DNA of 64,000 nucleotides from Candidatus Latescibacterota bacterium. Its GTDB lineage: Bacteria > Latescibacterota > UBA2968 > UBA8231. Positions 49,986-60,407 of the stretch are shown here, piece after piece; positions within the stretch are counted from its first letter, which is position 1; each line of letters begins with the position of its first letter. Made by a program: the position numbers and the translations under genes. The stretch lies in NCBI GenBank assembly GCA_965223905.1, contig CBDCXV010000011.1:2048001-2112000 (forward strand). Direction: 5' to 3'. Below the pieces are notes generated by a model. The model worked only from the letters and a program-made list of their open reading frames with translations, was not told the origin of the DNA and searched no databases.

Positions 49986-52900
49986 ATGACGATCCCAAAT
50001 CTTCGATCCGTTCTTTTCGTTTCTTTAATTCTCTCTTTCCCGCCGACTGCTGGAAAAACAGCCAGTAATGATGTGGGAGTTGGAACCCCTGGTTTGGAAA
50101 CCATGGGAGGTGACTTCCAAACGTGGTTATTGCCTGACGGGGCAATCATTCGTCTGGGAAAGGGAGACATTAGTTCAGACGATAAGGCGGTTTACTTTTT
50201 TCCTGATGGTCAACGACTCGCTGTGGAAAGTACTGCCGGGATTTGGCTGTATGATGTGCAGACGTTTCGTCCACTCGCACTGATGCCAACCTATCTGAGA
50301 GGATTGGCTGGTAGGGACAAAATTTCGTATACGCCGGATATGACCACTCTCGCTTTTGGATTTGGGTATTTTATCCAGTTATGGGATGTTGCCACCCGAA
50401 CCAATACTTCCACTTTCTATTTTCAGGACAGAATCACTTCTGTTGCCCTTTCATCGGATGGGACAATCCTTGCGTCCGGGGTTTCCTCTGGAGCGATCAA
50501 GTTATGGGACCTAGAAACGGGAGCCGATACTGCCATCCTGGACCATGGGAGCAGGATAACGTGTTTGGCTTTTTCCCCGGATGGGACAACTCTCGCATCT
50601 GGGGGGGCAGAGAAAAATCTGGTCAAGCTGTGGAATGCTTCAACCGGAGCCAATACCTCCACCTTAGAGGGGCATGGAGGCACGATCACATCTCTGACAT
50701 TTTCCCCCGATGGGACAGCCCTTGCCTCCGGATCACATGATCAAACTGTAAGAGTGTGGGATGTTGGGACCGGGACTAATACCGCCATTCTGGAAGGGCA
50801 TGGGTACATAGTCACCTCGGTGGCCTTTTCCCCCGATGGGGGAAACCTGATTTCCGGGGAAGATGCGGTTACGGACACAGGACTGGAAGATGCTGCTGTC
50901 AGGTTATGGAACGTCGTGACGGAAACCCAGATTGCCACATTTTCTCCGCATGGATATCACATCTCTTCGGTGGCATATGCCCCCGATGGGACAACCATTG
51001 CTTCTGGATCCTCTTCGGATGGTACGGTCAAGCTATGGGACATAGCCACTGGGAACTCTGTTTCCCTTCCCGGGCATACTAATGAGATCACAACGTTGGC
51101 ATTTTCACCGGATGGGACGACCATCGCTTCTGGATCCTGGTCGGATGGTACGGTCAAGTTATGGGACATAGCCACTGGGAACTCTGTTTCCCTTCCCGGG
51201 CACACGGATGACATCCTCACGGTGGCTTTTTCCTCCGACGGGGCAACTCTCGCCGCCGGAACGGGTCGCGCCATTAAACTGTGGAATACAGAGATCAGGG
51301 AACCGATCGGAACCCTGAATGGGCATATGTCTCGGGTTCGTTCCGTGTCGTTCTCCCCCGATGGCGTCACCTTGGCCTCCGGGTCAAACGATAATACGGT
51401 AAAGCTGTGGGATGTAGCATCCGGAAAAAATATCGCTACTCTTGAAGGACATACGGATGTGGTCCATCAGGTATTGTTTTCACCCGACGGCGCCACCCTT
51501 GCTTCCGCAGGGAGAGATGGCACCGTCATACTTTGGCACGTAAGGACCAGGAACCGGATCGCAGCCCTGGAAGGGCCTATGTATGGAGTTAATTCGGTGG
51601 CCTTTTCTCCCGACCTTCCCATTCTGGCGGCCGCGTCAAATGATGGAACGATCAAACTGTGGAATATGGAAACCTTGGTAATCGTCGCTACTTTTGACGG
51701 ACATTTAAATGCCGCCAATTCAGTGTCCTTTTCTCCTGACGGCACCACTCTTGCCTCTGCAGGAGGGAAGGCCATACTGTGGGATGTAGAAAGTGGCGAA
51801 CAGATCGTTGGCCTGGATGGGCATGTGTTTGAGATCAATTCGGTTTCCTTTTCGCCCGACGGCTTCATCCTGGCTACCGGGTCACAGGACGGCATGATCC
51901 TGCTTTGGGATTTGCAGCCGCCGCAACCTCAGACGGTGGCAAAGCTCTTCGGAGATGATCAGCAAGGGCTTCCCGGCTCCACTTTGCCCGAGCCATTAGT
52001 GGTTTCGGTGCTGGATGAAAACGGAGCAGCGTTTGATGGGGCAGTCGTAACCTTTTCCGTCGCCGCCGGTGGGGGGACCCTCTCGGCAACCACGGCCATC
52101 ACCGATGCCAGCGGCCGCGCAGCTGTCACCCTGACCCTGGGCAGCGATCCCGGAAGAAATACGGTCGCAGTAAAAGTCGCCGACCTGAAGCCGGTGATCT
52201 TCAGTGCCACTGCCCAGGCGATTCCGACAAGCATCGCCAAGGTCTCAGGCGACGAGCAGGAAGGGCCGGCCGGAGCCGCGTTGGTTGAGCCTTTCGTTGT
52301 TGTGGTCCGGGATCAAATCGACAATCCCTTCGAAGGGACCCAGGTCACCTTCACGGTCACCGCCGGCGACGGAACCCTCTCCTCAACCACCGCCACCACC
52401 GATGACAAGGGCCGCGCAGCCAGCACCCTGACCCTGGGGCTGCCGGGAGCCCACTCCGTCACCGTATCCGTGGCCGGCCTCGACCCTGTGACCTTCACCG
52501 CCACCGCCGAAGCCACCCCCGACTTCGACGGCGACGGCGAAACTGGCTTCTCCGACTTCTTCCTGTTCGCCGACGCCTTCGGCGGCAGTGACCCCCGCTT
52601 CGACCTCGACGGCAGCGGCAGCGTCGACTTCGGTGACTTCTTCCTCTTCGCCGACCACTTCGGGGATCCGGCCCTGGGGAAGCTGCTTGCCCTGGCCCGG
52701 GAGAGGATCGGCCTGCCGGACGGCCCGCAGCTGCGGCAGAACGCCCCCAACCCCTTCAACAGCGAGACGGTCATCTCCTGGTTCCTGCTGCGGCCGGGAC
52801 CGGCGCGCGTGGAGGTGTATGCGCTGACCGGGCAGCGGGTGGCGGTGCTGCACCAGGGTCTGAAGAATGCGGGAGTCCACCGCGTGCACTGGGACGGGCA

Positions 52901-52997
52901 TGACGATCGGGGCCGCCCCCTGGCCAGCGGGGTGTACCTGTATCGGCTGGTGACTGACGAGCGCGTTCAGACCCGGAAACTCACCCTGCTGCGGTAG
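49986..52997 (+). CDS. Array slot 5: WD40-Ig-EF-hand-FlgD paralog with a different N-terminus
   Basis: Unrelated leader joined at VGVGTP…WLLPDGAIIRLGKG; same C-terminal module as the other slots. Confidence 0.9.
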   Translation: MTIPNLRSVLFVSLILSFPPTAGKTASNDVGVGTPGLETMGGDFQTWLLPDGAIIRLGKGDISSDDKAVYFFPDGQRLAVESTAGIWLYDVQTFRPLALMPTYLRGLAGRDKISYTPDMTTLAFGFGYFIQLWDVATRTNTSTFYFQDRITSVALSSDGTILASGVSSGAIKLWDLETGADTAILDHGSRITCLAFSPDGTTLASGGAEKNLVKLWNASTGANTSTLEGHGGTITSLTFSPDGTALASGSHDQTVRVWDVGTGTNTAILEGHGYIVTSVAFSPDGGNLISGEDAVTDTGLEDAAVRLWNVVTETQIATFSPHGYHISSVAYAPDGTTIASGSSSDGTVKLWDIATGNSVSLPGHTNEITTLAFSPDGTTIASGSWSDGTVKLWDIATGNSVSLPGHTDDILTVAFSSDGATLAAGTGRAIKLWNTEIREPIGTLNGHMSRVRSVSFSPDGVTLASGSNDNTVKLWDVASGKNIATLEGHTDVVHQVLFSPDGATLASAGRDGTVILWHVRTRNRIAALEGPMYGVNSVAFSPDLPILAAASNDGTIKLWNMETLVIVATFDGHLNAANSVSFSPDGTTLASAGGKAILWDVESGEQIVGLDGHVFEINSVSFSPDGFILATGSQDGMILLWDLQPPQPQTVAKLFGDDQQGLPGSTLPEPLVVSVLDENGAAFDGAVVTFSVAAGGGTLSATTAITDASGRAAVTLTLGSDPGRNTVAVKVADLKPVIFSATAQAIPTSIAKVSGDEQEGPAGAALVEPFVVVVRDQIDNPFEGTQVTFTVTAGDGTLSSTTATTDDKGRAASTLTLGLPGAHSVTVSVAGLDPVTFTATAEATPDFDGDGETGFSDFFLFADAFGGSDPRFDLDGSGSVDFGDFFLFADHFGDPALGKLLALARERIGLPDGPQLRQNAPNPFNSETVISWFLLRPGPARVEVYALTGQRVAVLHQGLKNAGVHRVHWDGHDDRGRPLASGVYLYRLVTDERVQTRKLTLLR

Positions 52998-53072
52998 GCG
53001 CCCCGACAACCCGGTGCCACCGCCCCTGAGCCCGCAGCCCATGGATAGGGAAAACCGAAGGAGCCCCACCCC

Positions 53073-56000
53073 ATGAAAGCCCCCGTCATTCGTTCCGCCT
53101 TTTTCGCTTTGCTCGGTTTCCTTCCAGCACCCCCGGCGCTCGTTCATGCATCACCTCCACTTGCCGACAGCCTGCATTTCTGCAAGCTGCTCGATTTCGA
53201 TCAGGAGCGGCTCGATACCAACGCTGCGGCCAAGCGGCTGGCGGATCTCGACACTGGCGAACCCCTGACCGTGCGAATGATCTACTTCCTGCCCAACGAC
53301 CGGCCGTACCAAGCCAGTGTAGTCGATTCCATGAAGACGACGATCCGTCAGATCCAGACCTTTTATTCCGAGCAGATGCAGGCGCATGGCTACGGCGAGA
53401 AAACCTTCCGTTTCGAGACCGACGACCAGGAAGAGCCGCTGGTTCACCAGGTCGATGGGCGACACCCGGATAGTCATTATTCCGACGAGGGGAAAAGTGT
53501 TATTGCCGAGATAGAAGAAGCATTTGATGTCCTTAAGAATGTTTACTTCATCGTAATTGATAATGATCACCATACAATCAACCCTGGCAGCAGGGTGCTG
53601 GGTATCGCACACTCGCTCGGGAAAAATGGTGGAATGGCATTGGTTACTGATGAATTCAGCTTTGCAATCGCAACACATGAGCTTGCACATGCCTTCGGGG
53701 TAGTTTGGCACGATTTCCGGGATGGAACTTATATCATGTCATATGGTCCGGGATGGAACGAGTTATCCCCGTGCCATGCGGAATTTCTGACTGTGCATCC
53801 CTACTTCAATCCAGGTGTGGAAGCCCAGGCCGCCCCACCTCCAACCATCGAACTCTTGTCGCCGACTACGTACCCGGGCGGAACAGAGAGCGTTTCCATA
53901 GAGATGAAGGTCAGCGATTCTGATGGACTTCATCAGGTGTACCTGTTCACCGGATCGAATGAATTGAAGGTGTGTCGTGGATTTGCCGGTGAAACAGAGA
54001 CCGTCGTCGAATTCGATTATGATGGCGTCATACCATCCAATCCACGCAGAAATTTTTCCACCCTTGCTTTACATTCGCTTCGCGTCGCCGCAGTCGATAC
54101 TGAAGGGAATGTGGGCTGGACGTCTTTTGAACTTCGGGAGCTTTCCAGGCAGCACATCGCCACCCTCTCCGGTGTGAGTGCGGTCCGATCGGTTTCGTTT
54201 TCGCCCGACGGGACTACCCTCGCTTGCGGAACAGAGGATGGCGTAGAGATCTGGGACGTTGCAACACGCCAAACCCTCACCCTTCTCGAGCAATCAGGCA
54301 AGGTAATGTCCGTTGCGTTTTCATCCGATGGAACCAAGCTCGCCAGCGGATCAACGTACGGCACGATTGAGCTTTGGGAGAATTCGACCTGGAGCAATAT
54401 CGCGACTCTGGAATCGCAAAACCCCATCTATTCGGTTGCCTTTTCACCCTCCGGCACAACCGTCGCTTCGGGAACCAGTGCAGGAATCGAGCTGTGGGAC
54501 GTAGAGTCGCGGGCGAATATCGCCACCCTTGAAGGACATACAGGCCGGGTCTCTTCTGTGTCGTTTTCACTGGACGGGGCCATGCTGGCTTCCGGGTCGG
54601 AGGATGGTACGGTCAAGCTCTGGGATCTTCCCGCCGGAACCCATACCGCCACCCCCGAAGGACATGCTCAGCCGGTCTTTGTCGTGGGATTTTCGCCTGA
54701 GGGAACCTTGCTGGCTTCCGGGTCGGAGGATGGTACGGTCAAGCTCTGGGATATCGAGAAACGAGCGATCATCTCCACCCTATACAACAGGACAGGAGTT
54801 ACTTCGATTTCATTCTCACCTGACGGGGCAACCCTCGCTTCCGGTTGCCAGGATAACACGATCAAGCTGTGGGACGTTTTGACAGAGGAATATGTCACCA
54901 CCCTCGCCGGCCATACCGGGTGGATTTCTTCGGTGGCGTTTTCACCCAACGGGGTAATGCTTGCTTCCGGGTCGTTGGACAACACGATAAAACTGTGGGA
55001 TGCCTCCGAACGGATGCAGCCTCGTCCCCGCACGATTGTGAAGATCTCGGGCGACAATCAGGAGGGTACCGCCGGTTTGGATTTGGCGGATCCTTATGTG
55101 GTTGAAGTCAGGGATCAGTACGGCAATCCGTTGCAAGGGGTTCGGGTTTCTTTTTCAATCAAGTCAGGTGGAGGAAAGCTCGGTGGGAGGTCCGATGAAG
55201 AAGTCGCAGTTTCCGATGAAGACGGCAGGACGCGGAGCATCCTCACCCTTGGACCCAATCCGGGGAACAATACCGTGGAGGTATCTGTCCGCGGGCTTGA
55301 GCCTTTGATCTTTCACTCGGTGGGAATCGGAACTCCTGGTTCTCTTACAGTGGGTGAAAATCAGACATGGCATTTACCCGAAGGAGCGATCGCACGATTG
55401 GGAAAAGGACGCCTCAGTCAAGTGGACAAGGCGATTGCCTTCTCACCCGGAGGCCAGCGCCTCGCGGTGGTAAGCAGCCTCGGCATCTGGCTATATGATG
55501 TGACGACCCTTCGTCCTATGGCACTTCTTCCCGCTGATCTGGCCTCGAGAGGGTCCCTGGCGTTTTCCCCGGACGGAACAGCACTCGCTTTCAGCGACCG
55601 TCGTACAATCAGACTGTGGGACCTTGCGACAGCTGAAGTCATCGCAACCATGGGGGGGAGATCGGCTTCTCCTCCGGCTTTTTCACCGGACGGAAATACC
55701 CTCGCTTCCGGGTTATGGGATGGTACGATCGAGTTGTGGGACGTGGCGACAGGAGAACCCGTGGCCACCCTGGAGGGGCATAGGGATGGAGTCCTCTCCG
55801 TGGCCTTCTCCCCTGATGGTACGGCGCTCGCTTCCGGGTCATGGGATCGTCAGATCCGGCTGTGGGACCTGGGAACAGGGGAAACTACCTCAACCCTGAA
55901 GGGGCATGGGGACCATGTCGAGTCCGTGGCGTTCTCCCCTGACGGGACCCTGCTCACTTCCGGGTCATGGGACGGAACTGCCCAGGTATGGGATGTGGGG

Positions 56001-58802
56001 ACCGGGCGCAATACCATCCTGTTCAGGTCGGGTCGCTTTGTCGAGTCCGTGGCATTTTCTCCGGATGGCAGAACAATCGCTTTTTCGTTGTCAATTGGAA
56101 CTGTTTTTGTATGGGATGTGGCGACGGCAACCAATACGGCCATCCTGGAAGGACATAAGGGTTGGGTCACTTCTGTAGCTTTTTCCTCTAATGGGACCCT
56201 CGCTTCCGGATCGTGGGAGGATGGTACAGTCAAGCTGTGGGACCTCACGACGGGGAAAGCCGCCACCATAGGGGGATTTACGGATGGTGTCCAGTCTGTC
56301 GCTTTTTCACCCAATGCGACAACCCTCGCTTCCGGATCAGCGAATTACGATTACACGATCAACCTGTGGGAGGTGGCGACAGGATTGAACACCGCCTCAT
56401 TTGACGGGCATAAGGGACTGGTTAAGTCCCTAGCGTTTTCGCCCGACGGAACGATCCTTGCTTCCGCTTCATCGGACATGGCCGTCAAGCTGTGGGACGT
56501 TGCCACCGGTACCAATACCGCCACTCTGGAAGGGCATACCGGTCGGGTCACCTCTGTGTCAATTTCCCCCGACGGAACCACCCTTGTTTCCGGTTCGGAA
56601 GACCGGGTAGTCAAGCTGTGGGACCTGGCCTCGCGTACAATTACCGCCACTCTGGAAGGGCATACCGGTCCGGTCACCTCTGTGTCAATTTCCCCCGATG
56701 GATCAACACTTGCCTCCGGTTCTGAGGACCGAACAGTCAGACTGTGGGACGTGCCGACCCAGACCAATTCTGCCACTCTGGAGGGGCATACAGATGAGGT
56801 TCTCTCTGTGGCTTTTTCTCCTGACGGTACAACTCTTGCTTCCGGAGGGGCAAACGATCTTCCGATTCGTATATGGGATTTGGCCTTGAGGAAACCTGCC
56901 CACCTCCTCAGGGAGAATACCGACCAGGTCAACTCACTAGTGTTTTCGCCGGATGGCACTTCCCTCGCTTCCGGGGGAGGGCGCACGATTAGGATTTGGG
57001 ACGTGGGGAAGGCAATCAATACCGCTTTCTTCGAGCATACGTCTATCGTCGAAACCGTGGCGTTCTCGCCCGACGGGACGGTCCTTGCCTCCGGAGGAAC
57101 TGATGGCACGGTTCTGCTGTGGGATGTGGAGCTTCTTCTTCCGCAGCCCCGGGTTCTTGTAAAGCTCGCAGGCTTTCGCCAGAAAGGTCTTCCCAAGGAA
57201 CAATTGGCTCCGTTTGTCGTTGGAGTCAGGGATCAGTACCGCAATCCGTTCGAAGGTGCGGAGGTCACCTTTCTAATCGCTTCTGGAGGTGGTACGCTGT
57301 CCCGTACTACCGTCATCAGCGATGCCAACGGCCGCGCCTCCACCACCCTTACCCTAGGCCCCGATTCCGGGGCAAATACCGTAGAAGCATCTGTCGCCGG
57401 GGCGGACCCGGTGATCTTCAATGCCACCGGAATCCCCCTGACTCTGAAAAAGGTCTCCGGCGATGAGCAGAAGGGACCGGTAGGGGTTCAATTGGAGCAC
57501 CCTTTGGTGGTTTCCGTACTGGATCAGGATGGGAATCCGTTCTCGGGGGTAAATGTCACCTTTGCTGTCACTGGTGGCGGAGGGACCCTGTCAACCACCA
57601 TCGCCACTACCCAAGGAAACGGACGCGCCGCGAGCATCCTCACCTTGGGGTCCAATCCCGGGACAAACACCGTCGAAGTTTCGGTGGCTGGAGGGGCCCA
57701 CCTGACTTTCACTGCTGTTGCGATGGGGATTCCCAAGACCCTGACCAAGCTCTCCGGCGATGAGCAGCAGGGACCGGCAGGGGCCGCTTTGGCCGACTCC
57801 TTCGTGGTCGAGGTCAGAGACCGAAACAACAATCCGCTCGAAGGTGCCCAAGTCACCTTCACGGTCACCAAAGGGGAAGGGACCCTCTCCACAACCACCG
57901 CCATCACCGATACCAGCGGACGTGCTGCAAGCGCCCTTACCCTGGGAAGCGAGCCGGGGATCAACATAGTCTTGGCAAGGACCCCCATGCTCCTGCCGGT
58001 GTCCTTCACCGCTGTCGGTATTGCGGTTCCCCAAAGCCTGACAAAATTCTCCGGCGATGAGCAGCAAGGACCGGCCTGGGCTCCGTTAGTCCATCCGTTT
58101 GTCATTGTTGTCAGGGATCAGCAAGGCAAGCCTCTCGAAGGGGCCACTGTCACTTTCGCGGTCACCACCGGCGGTGGGACTCTCTCGGCCACCACGGCCA
58201 CCACCGATGCCGACGGCCGCGCCGCCACTACCCTCACTCTGGGCCGGCCAGGGGCCAGCACCGTCACCGTATCCCTGGCCGGCCTCGACCCCGTGACCTT
58301 CACCGCCACCGCGGAAGCCACGCCCGACTTCGACGGCGACGGCGAGACCGGCTTCGCCGACTTCTTCCTCTTCGCCGACGCCTTCGGCGGCAGCGACCCC
58401 CGCTTCGACCTCGACGGCAGCGGTTCAGTTGATTTCGGGGATTTCTTCCTCTTCGCCGACCACTTCCGGGATCCGGCCCGCGGCAAGCTCCTTGCCCTGG
58501 CCCGGGAGATGATCGGTCTGCCCGACGGGCCGCAGCTGCAGCAGAACGCCCCCAACCCCTTCAACAGCGAAACCCTCATCTCCTGGTTTCAGCTGAGACC
58601 GGGTTTCGCGCGAGTGGAAGTGTTCGCCCTGACCGGGCAGCGGGTGGCGGTGCTGCACCAGGGATCGAAGAAGGCGGGGGTCCACCGGGTGCACTGGGAC
58701 GGGCGCGACGATCAGGGCCGGCCCCTGGCCAGCGGGGTATATCTGTACCGATTGGTCACAACTGAGAGCGCTCAGACCCGCAAGCTCACCCTGCTGCGGT
58801 GA
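53073..58802 (+). CDS. Array slot 6: full-length metzincin-WD40-Ig-WD40-Ig(n)-EF-hand-FlgD protein
   Basis: Signal peptide, HELAHAFGVVWHD…IMSY, WD40 and Big_1-like repeats, TRKLTLLR*. Confidence 0.92.
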   Translation: MKAPVIRSAFFALLGFLPAPPALVHASPPLADSLHFCKLLDFDQERLDTNAAAKRLADLDTGEPLTVRMIYFLPNDRPYQASVVDSMKTTIRQIQTFYSEQMQAHGYGEKTFRFETDDQEEPLVHQVDGRHPDSHYSDEGKSVIAEIEEAFDVLKNVYFIVIDNDHHTINPGSRVLGIAHSLGKNGGMALVTDEFSFAIATHELAHAFGVVWHDFRDGTYIMSYGPGWNELSPCHAEFLTVHPYFNPGVEAQAAPPPTIELLSPTTYPGGTESVSIEMKVSDSDGLHQVYLFTGSNELKVCRGFAGETETVVEFDYDGVIPSNPRRNFSTLALHSLRVAAVDTEGNVGWTSFELRELSRQHIATLSGVSAVRSVSFSPDGTTLACGTEDGVEIWDVATRQTLTLLEQSGKVMSVAFSSDGTKLASGSTYGTIELWENSTWSNIATLESQNPIYSVAFSPSGTTVASGTSAGIELWDVESRANIATLEGHTGRVSSVSFSLDGAMLASGSEDGTVKLWDLPAGTHTATPEGHAQPVFVVGFSPEGTLLASGSEDGTVKLWDIEKRAIISTLYNRTGVTSISFSPDGATLASGCQDNTIKLWDVLTEEYVTTLAGHTGWISSVAFSPNGVMLASGSLDNTIKLWDASERMQPRPRTIVKISGDNQEGTAGLDLADPYVVEVRDQYGNPLQGVRVSFSIKSGGGKLGGRSDEEVAVSDEDGRTRSILTLGPNPGNNTVEVSVRGLEPLIFHSVGIGTPGSLTVGENQTWHLPEGAIARLGKGRLSQVDKAIAFSPGGQRLAVVSSLGIWLYDVTTLRPMALLPADLASRGSLAFSPDGTALAFSDRRTIRLWDLATAEVIATMGGRSASPPAFSPDGNTLASGLWDGTIELWDVATGEPVATLEGHRDGVLSVAFSPDGTALASGSWDRQIRLWDLGTGETTSTLKGHGDHVESVAFSPDGTLLTSGSWDGTAQVWDVGTGRNTILFRSGRFVESVAFSPDGRTIAFSLSIGTVFVWDVATATNTAILEGHKGWVTSVAFSSNGTLASGSWEDGTVKLWDLTTGKAATIGGFTDGVQSVAFSPNATTLASGSANYDYTINLWEVATGLNTASFDGHKGLVKSLAFSPDGTILASASSDMAVKLWDVATGTNTATLEGHTGRVTSVSISPDGTTLVSGSEDRVVKLWDLASRTITATLEGHTGPVTSVSISPDGSTLASGSEDRTVRLWDVPTQTNSATLEGHTDEVLSVAFSPDGTTLASGGANDLPIRIWDLALRKPAHLLRENTDQVNSLVFSPDGTSLASGGGRTIRIWDVGKAINTAFFEHTSIVETVAFSPDGTVLASGGTDGTVLLWDVELLLPQPRVLVKLAGFRQKGLPKEQLAPFVVGVRDQYRNPFEGAEVTFLIASGGGTLSRTTVISDANGRASTTLTLGPDSGANTVEASVAGADPVIFNATGIPLTLKKVSGDEQKGPVGVQLEHPLVVSVLDQDGNPFSGVNVTFAVTGGGGTLSTTIATTQGNGRAASILTLGSNPGTNTVEVSVAGGAHLTFTAVAMGIPKTLTKLSGDEQQGPAGAALADSFVVEVRDRNNNPLEGAQVTFTVTKGEGTLSTTTAITDTSGRAASALTLGSEPGINIVLARTPMLLPVSFTAVGIAVPQSLTKFSGDEQQGPAWAPLVHPFVIVVRDQQGKPLEGATVTFAVTTGGGTLSATTATTDADGRAATTLTLGRPGASTVTVSLAGLDPVTFTATAEATPDFDGDGETGFADFFLFADAFGGSDPRFDLDGSGSVDFGDFFLFADHFRDPARGKLLALAREMIGLPDGPQLQQNAPNPFNSETLISWFQLRPGFARVEVFALTGQRVAVLHQGSKKAGVHRVHWDGRDDQGRPLASGVYLYRLVTTESAQTRKLTLLR

Positions 58803-58919
58803 GGGGTATCCCAGGCTGAATCATCCGAGTATACTTCCGGAGCGAAGAGGCCGGGACGGAAGTAGGCACTCTTGCCAGGTTCAGGGAAAGTTTTCCTGCC
58901 TGCCCATTTGGAGGTTCCC

Positions 58920-59469
58920 ATGACGACCGCCGCCTTGATGACCGCAGACGAGTTGTTGTTGATGAAGGACGATGGTTTTCGCTACGAACTCGTCCGGGGA
59001 GAGTTGAGAAAAATGAGTCCGGCCGGCCATCGACACGGCAGAATCGCGCTCAATCTGACAGGGCCGCTTTTCCAGCACGTAAGGAAGTGGGATCTGGGAG
59101 CTGTATATGCGGCTGAAACCGGCTTCAAACTGGCCGCGGACCCCGATGTGGTGCGAGCCCCGGACGCGGCTTTCGTCCGGCGAGAGCGGGTCGAGGCGGT
59201 GGGCCAGACCCTAAGGATTCTGGCCGGGTGCACCCGACCTGGCCGCCGAGGTCCTCTCACCCGGCGAAACCTCCGCGGAGGTGGAGGACAAGATCGCCGA
59301 CTGGCTCGACGCCGGCACCCGCCTGGTCGTGGTGGTCGATCCGGACGATCAAACGGCAACCCTGTACCGCTCGCGCAAGGACATCCGCGTCCTGACCATC
59401 GACGGCGTAATCGATGGCGGGGAGGTTGTGCCCGACTGGACTCTTCCGGTGCGGGATATCTTCCTCTGA
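58920..59469 (+). CDS. Uma2 (DUF820) endonuclease, frameshift near 59210
   Basis: MTADELL…RYELVRGEL…AAETGF…VRAPDAAFV, then in a shifted frame GFWPGAPDLAAEVLSP…WLDAGTRLVVVVDP. Confidence 0.85.
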
Positions 59470-59527
59470 AGCTGAACAGTCCTGTGTTGCGGTGGGACCG
59501 GGCGCAATTCATCCAGGGGAAAACAGT

Positions 59528-60088
59528 ATGACCACACAACCGCAGAGCCGCGCTTTCACGGTCGGGGAATACAACCGCATGGCCGAGGCGGACATCCTTA
59601 CCGAGGAGGATCGCGTTGAGCTCATCGCAGGTCAGATCGTCGCCATGAGTCCTATCGGGAGCCGACACGCCGCTTGCGTAAAACGTCTCAACCTGATGAT
59701 GGGGAAATCAGTCGGCGATTCCATGCTGATCGGCGTCCAGGATCCCATAGTCCTCGGAAAGTACTCCGAACCGGAGCCCGACCTGGTTCTGCTGCGTCCC
59801 CGCACCGACTTCTACGCAACGGCCCATCCGTCGTCTGCCGACGTGCTGCTTGTCGTCGAAGTCGCCGATACCTCGGCCACCTACGACCGCGAGGTCAAGC
59901 TGCCGCTCTACGCTGGGGCCGGCCTCACCGAGGTGTGGCTGATCGACCTGCAGGAAGGCAGCATCGAGGTGTACGCCCGTCCCCATGGCGGCGCGTACCA
60001 GGAGCGCGTCGAAGTCACGGCCGGCGCCATCCTCACTTCGCCGACGATCCCCCAACTCTCATTGGCCGCCGCGGACATGTTGGGCTGA
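59528..60088 (+). CDS. Uma2 (DUF820) endonuclease
   Basis: FTVGEYNRMAE…RVELIAGQIVAMSPIG…SEPEPDLVLL…LVVEVADTS…KLPLYA. Confidence 0.9.
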   Translation: MTTQPQSRAFTVGEYNRMAEADILTEEDRVELIAGQIVAMSPIGSRHAACVKRLNLMMGKSVGDSMLIGVQDPIVLGKYSEPEPDLVLLRPRTDFYATAHPSSADVLLVVEVADTSATYDREVKLPLYAGAGLTEVWLIDLQEGSIEVYARPHGGAYQERVEVTAGAILTSPTIPQLSLAAADMLG

Positions 60089-60239
60089 GGTCACGTCCCC
60101 TTCTCACGCCCGATTCGGGAACGTAACCACGGCCCCCATAAATCGCTGGTCTCCACCATCCCCCAGCCGCAACCCGGATGGGCAGCAGCAGCTGACACCC
60201 CAGGCACGCCCTTGGCTCAAGGGCCGCGGTCTTTGCCCG

Positions 60240-60350
60240 CTGCTCGGGGGCGAGGATGGAGTTTCCTCCGTGGCGTTTTCCCCGGATGGCACCCTCCCCG
60301 CTTCCGGGTCGGATGATGGCACCGTCCGCATATGGGACGTGGCAAAGGCA
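60240..60350 (+). pseudogene. Orphan single WD40 repeat remnant
   Basis: LGGEDGVSSVAFSPDGTLPASGSDDGTVRIWDVA with no surrounding gene. Confidence 0.7.
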
Positions 60351-60407
60351 AACCCTGGCCAGGTTCTCGGCTTATCTTCTGAATGGCCCAATCGAAACAG
60401 AGGTGGT

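Noticed and set aside
39196-58802. CRISPR array or diversity-generating retroelement
   Set aside because: Repeats are in-frame coding units; no repeat-spacer pattern, cas gene, reverse transcriptase or adenine-specific TR/VR pair was seen.
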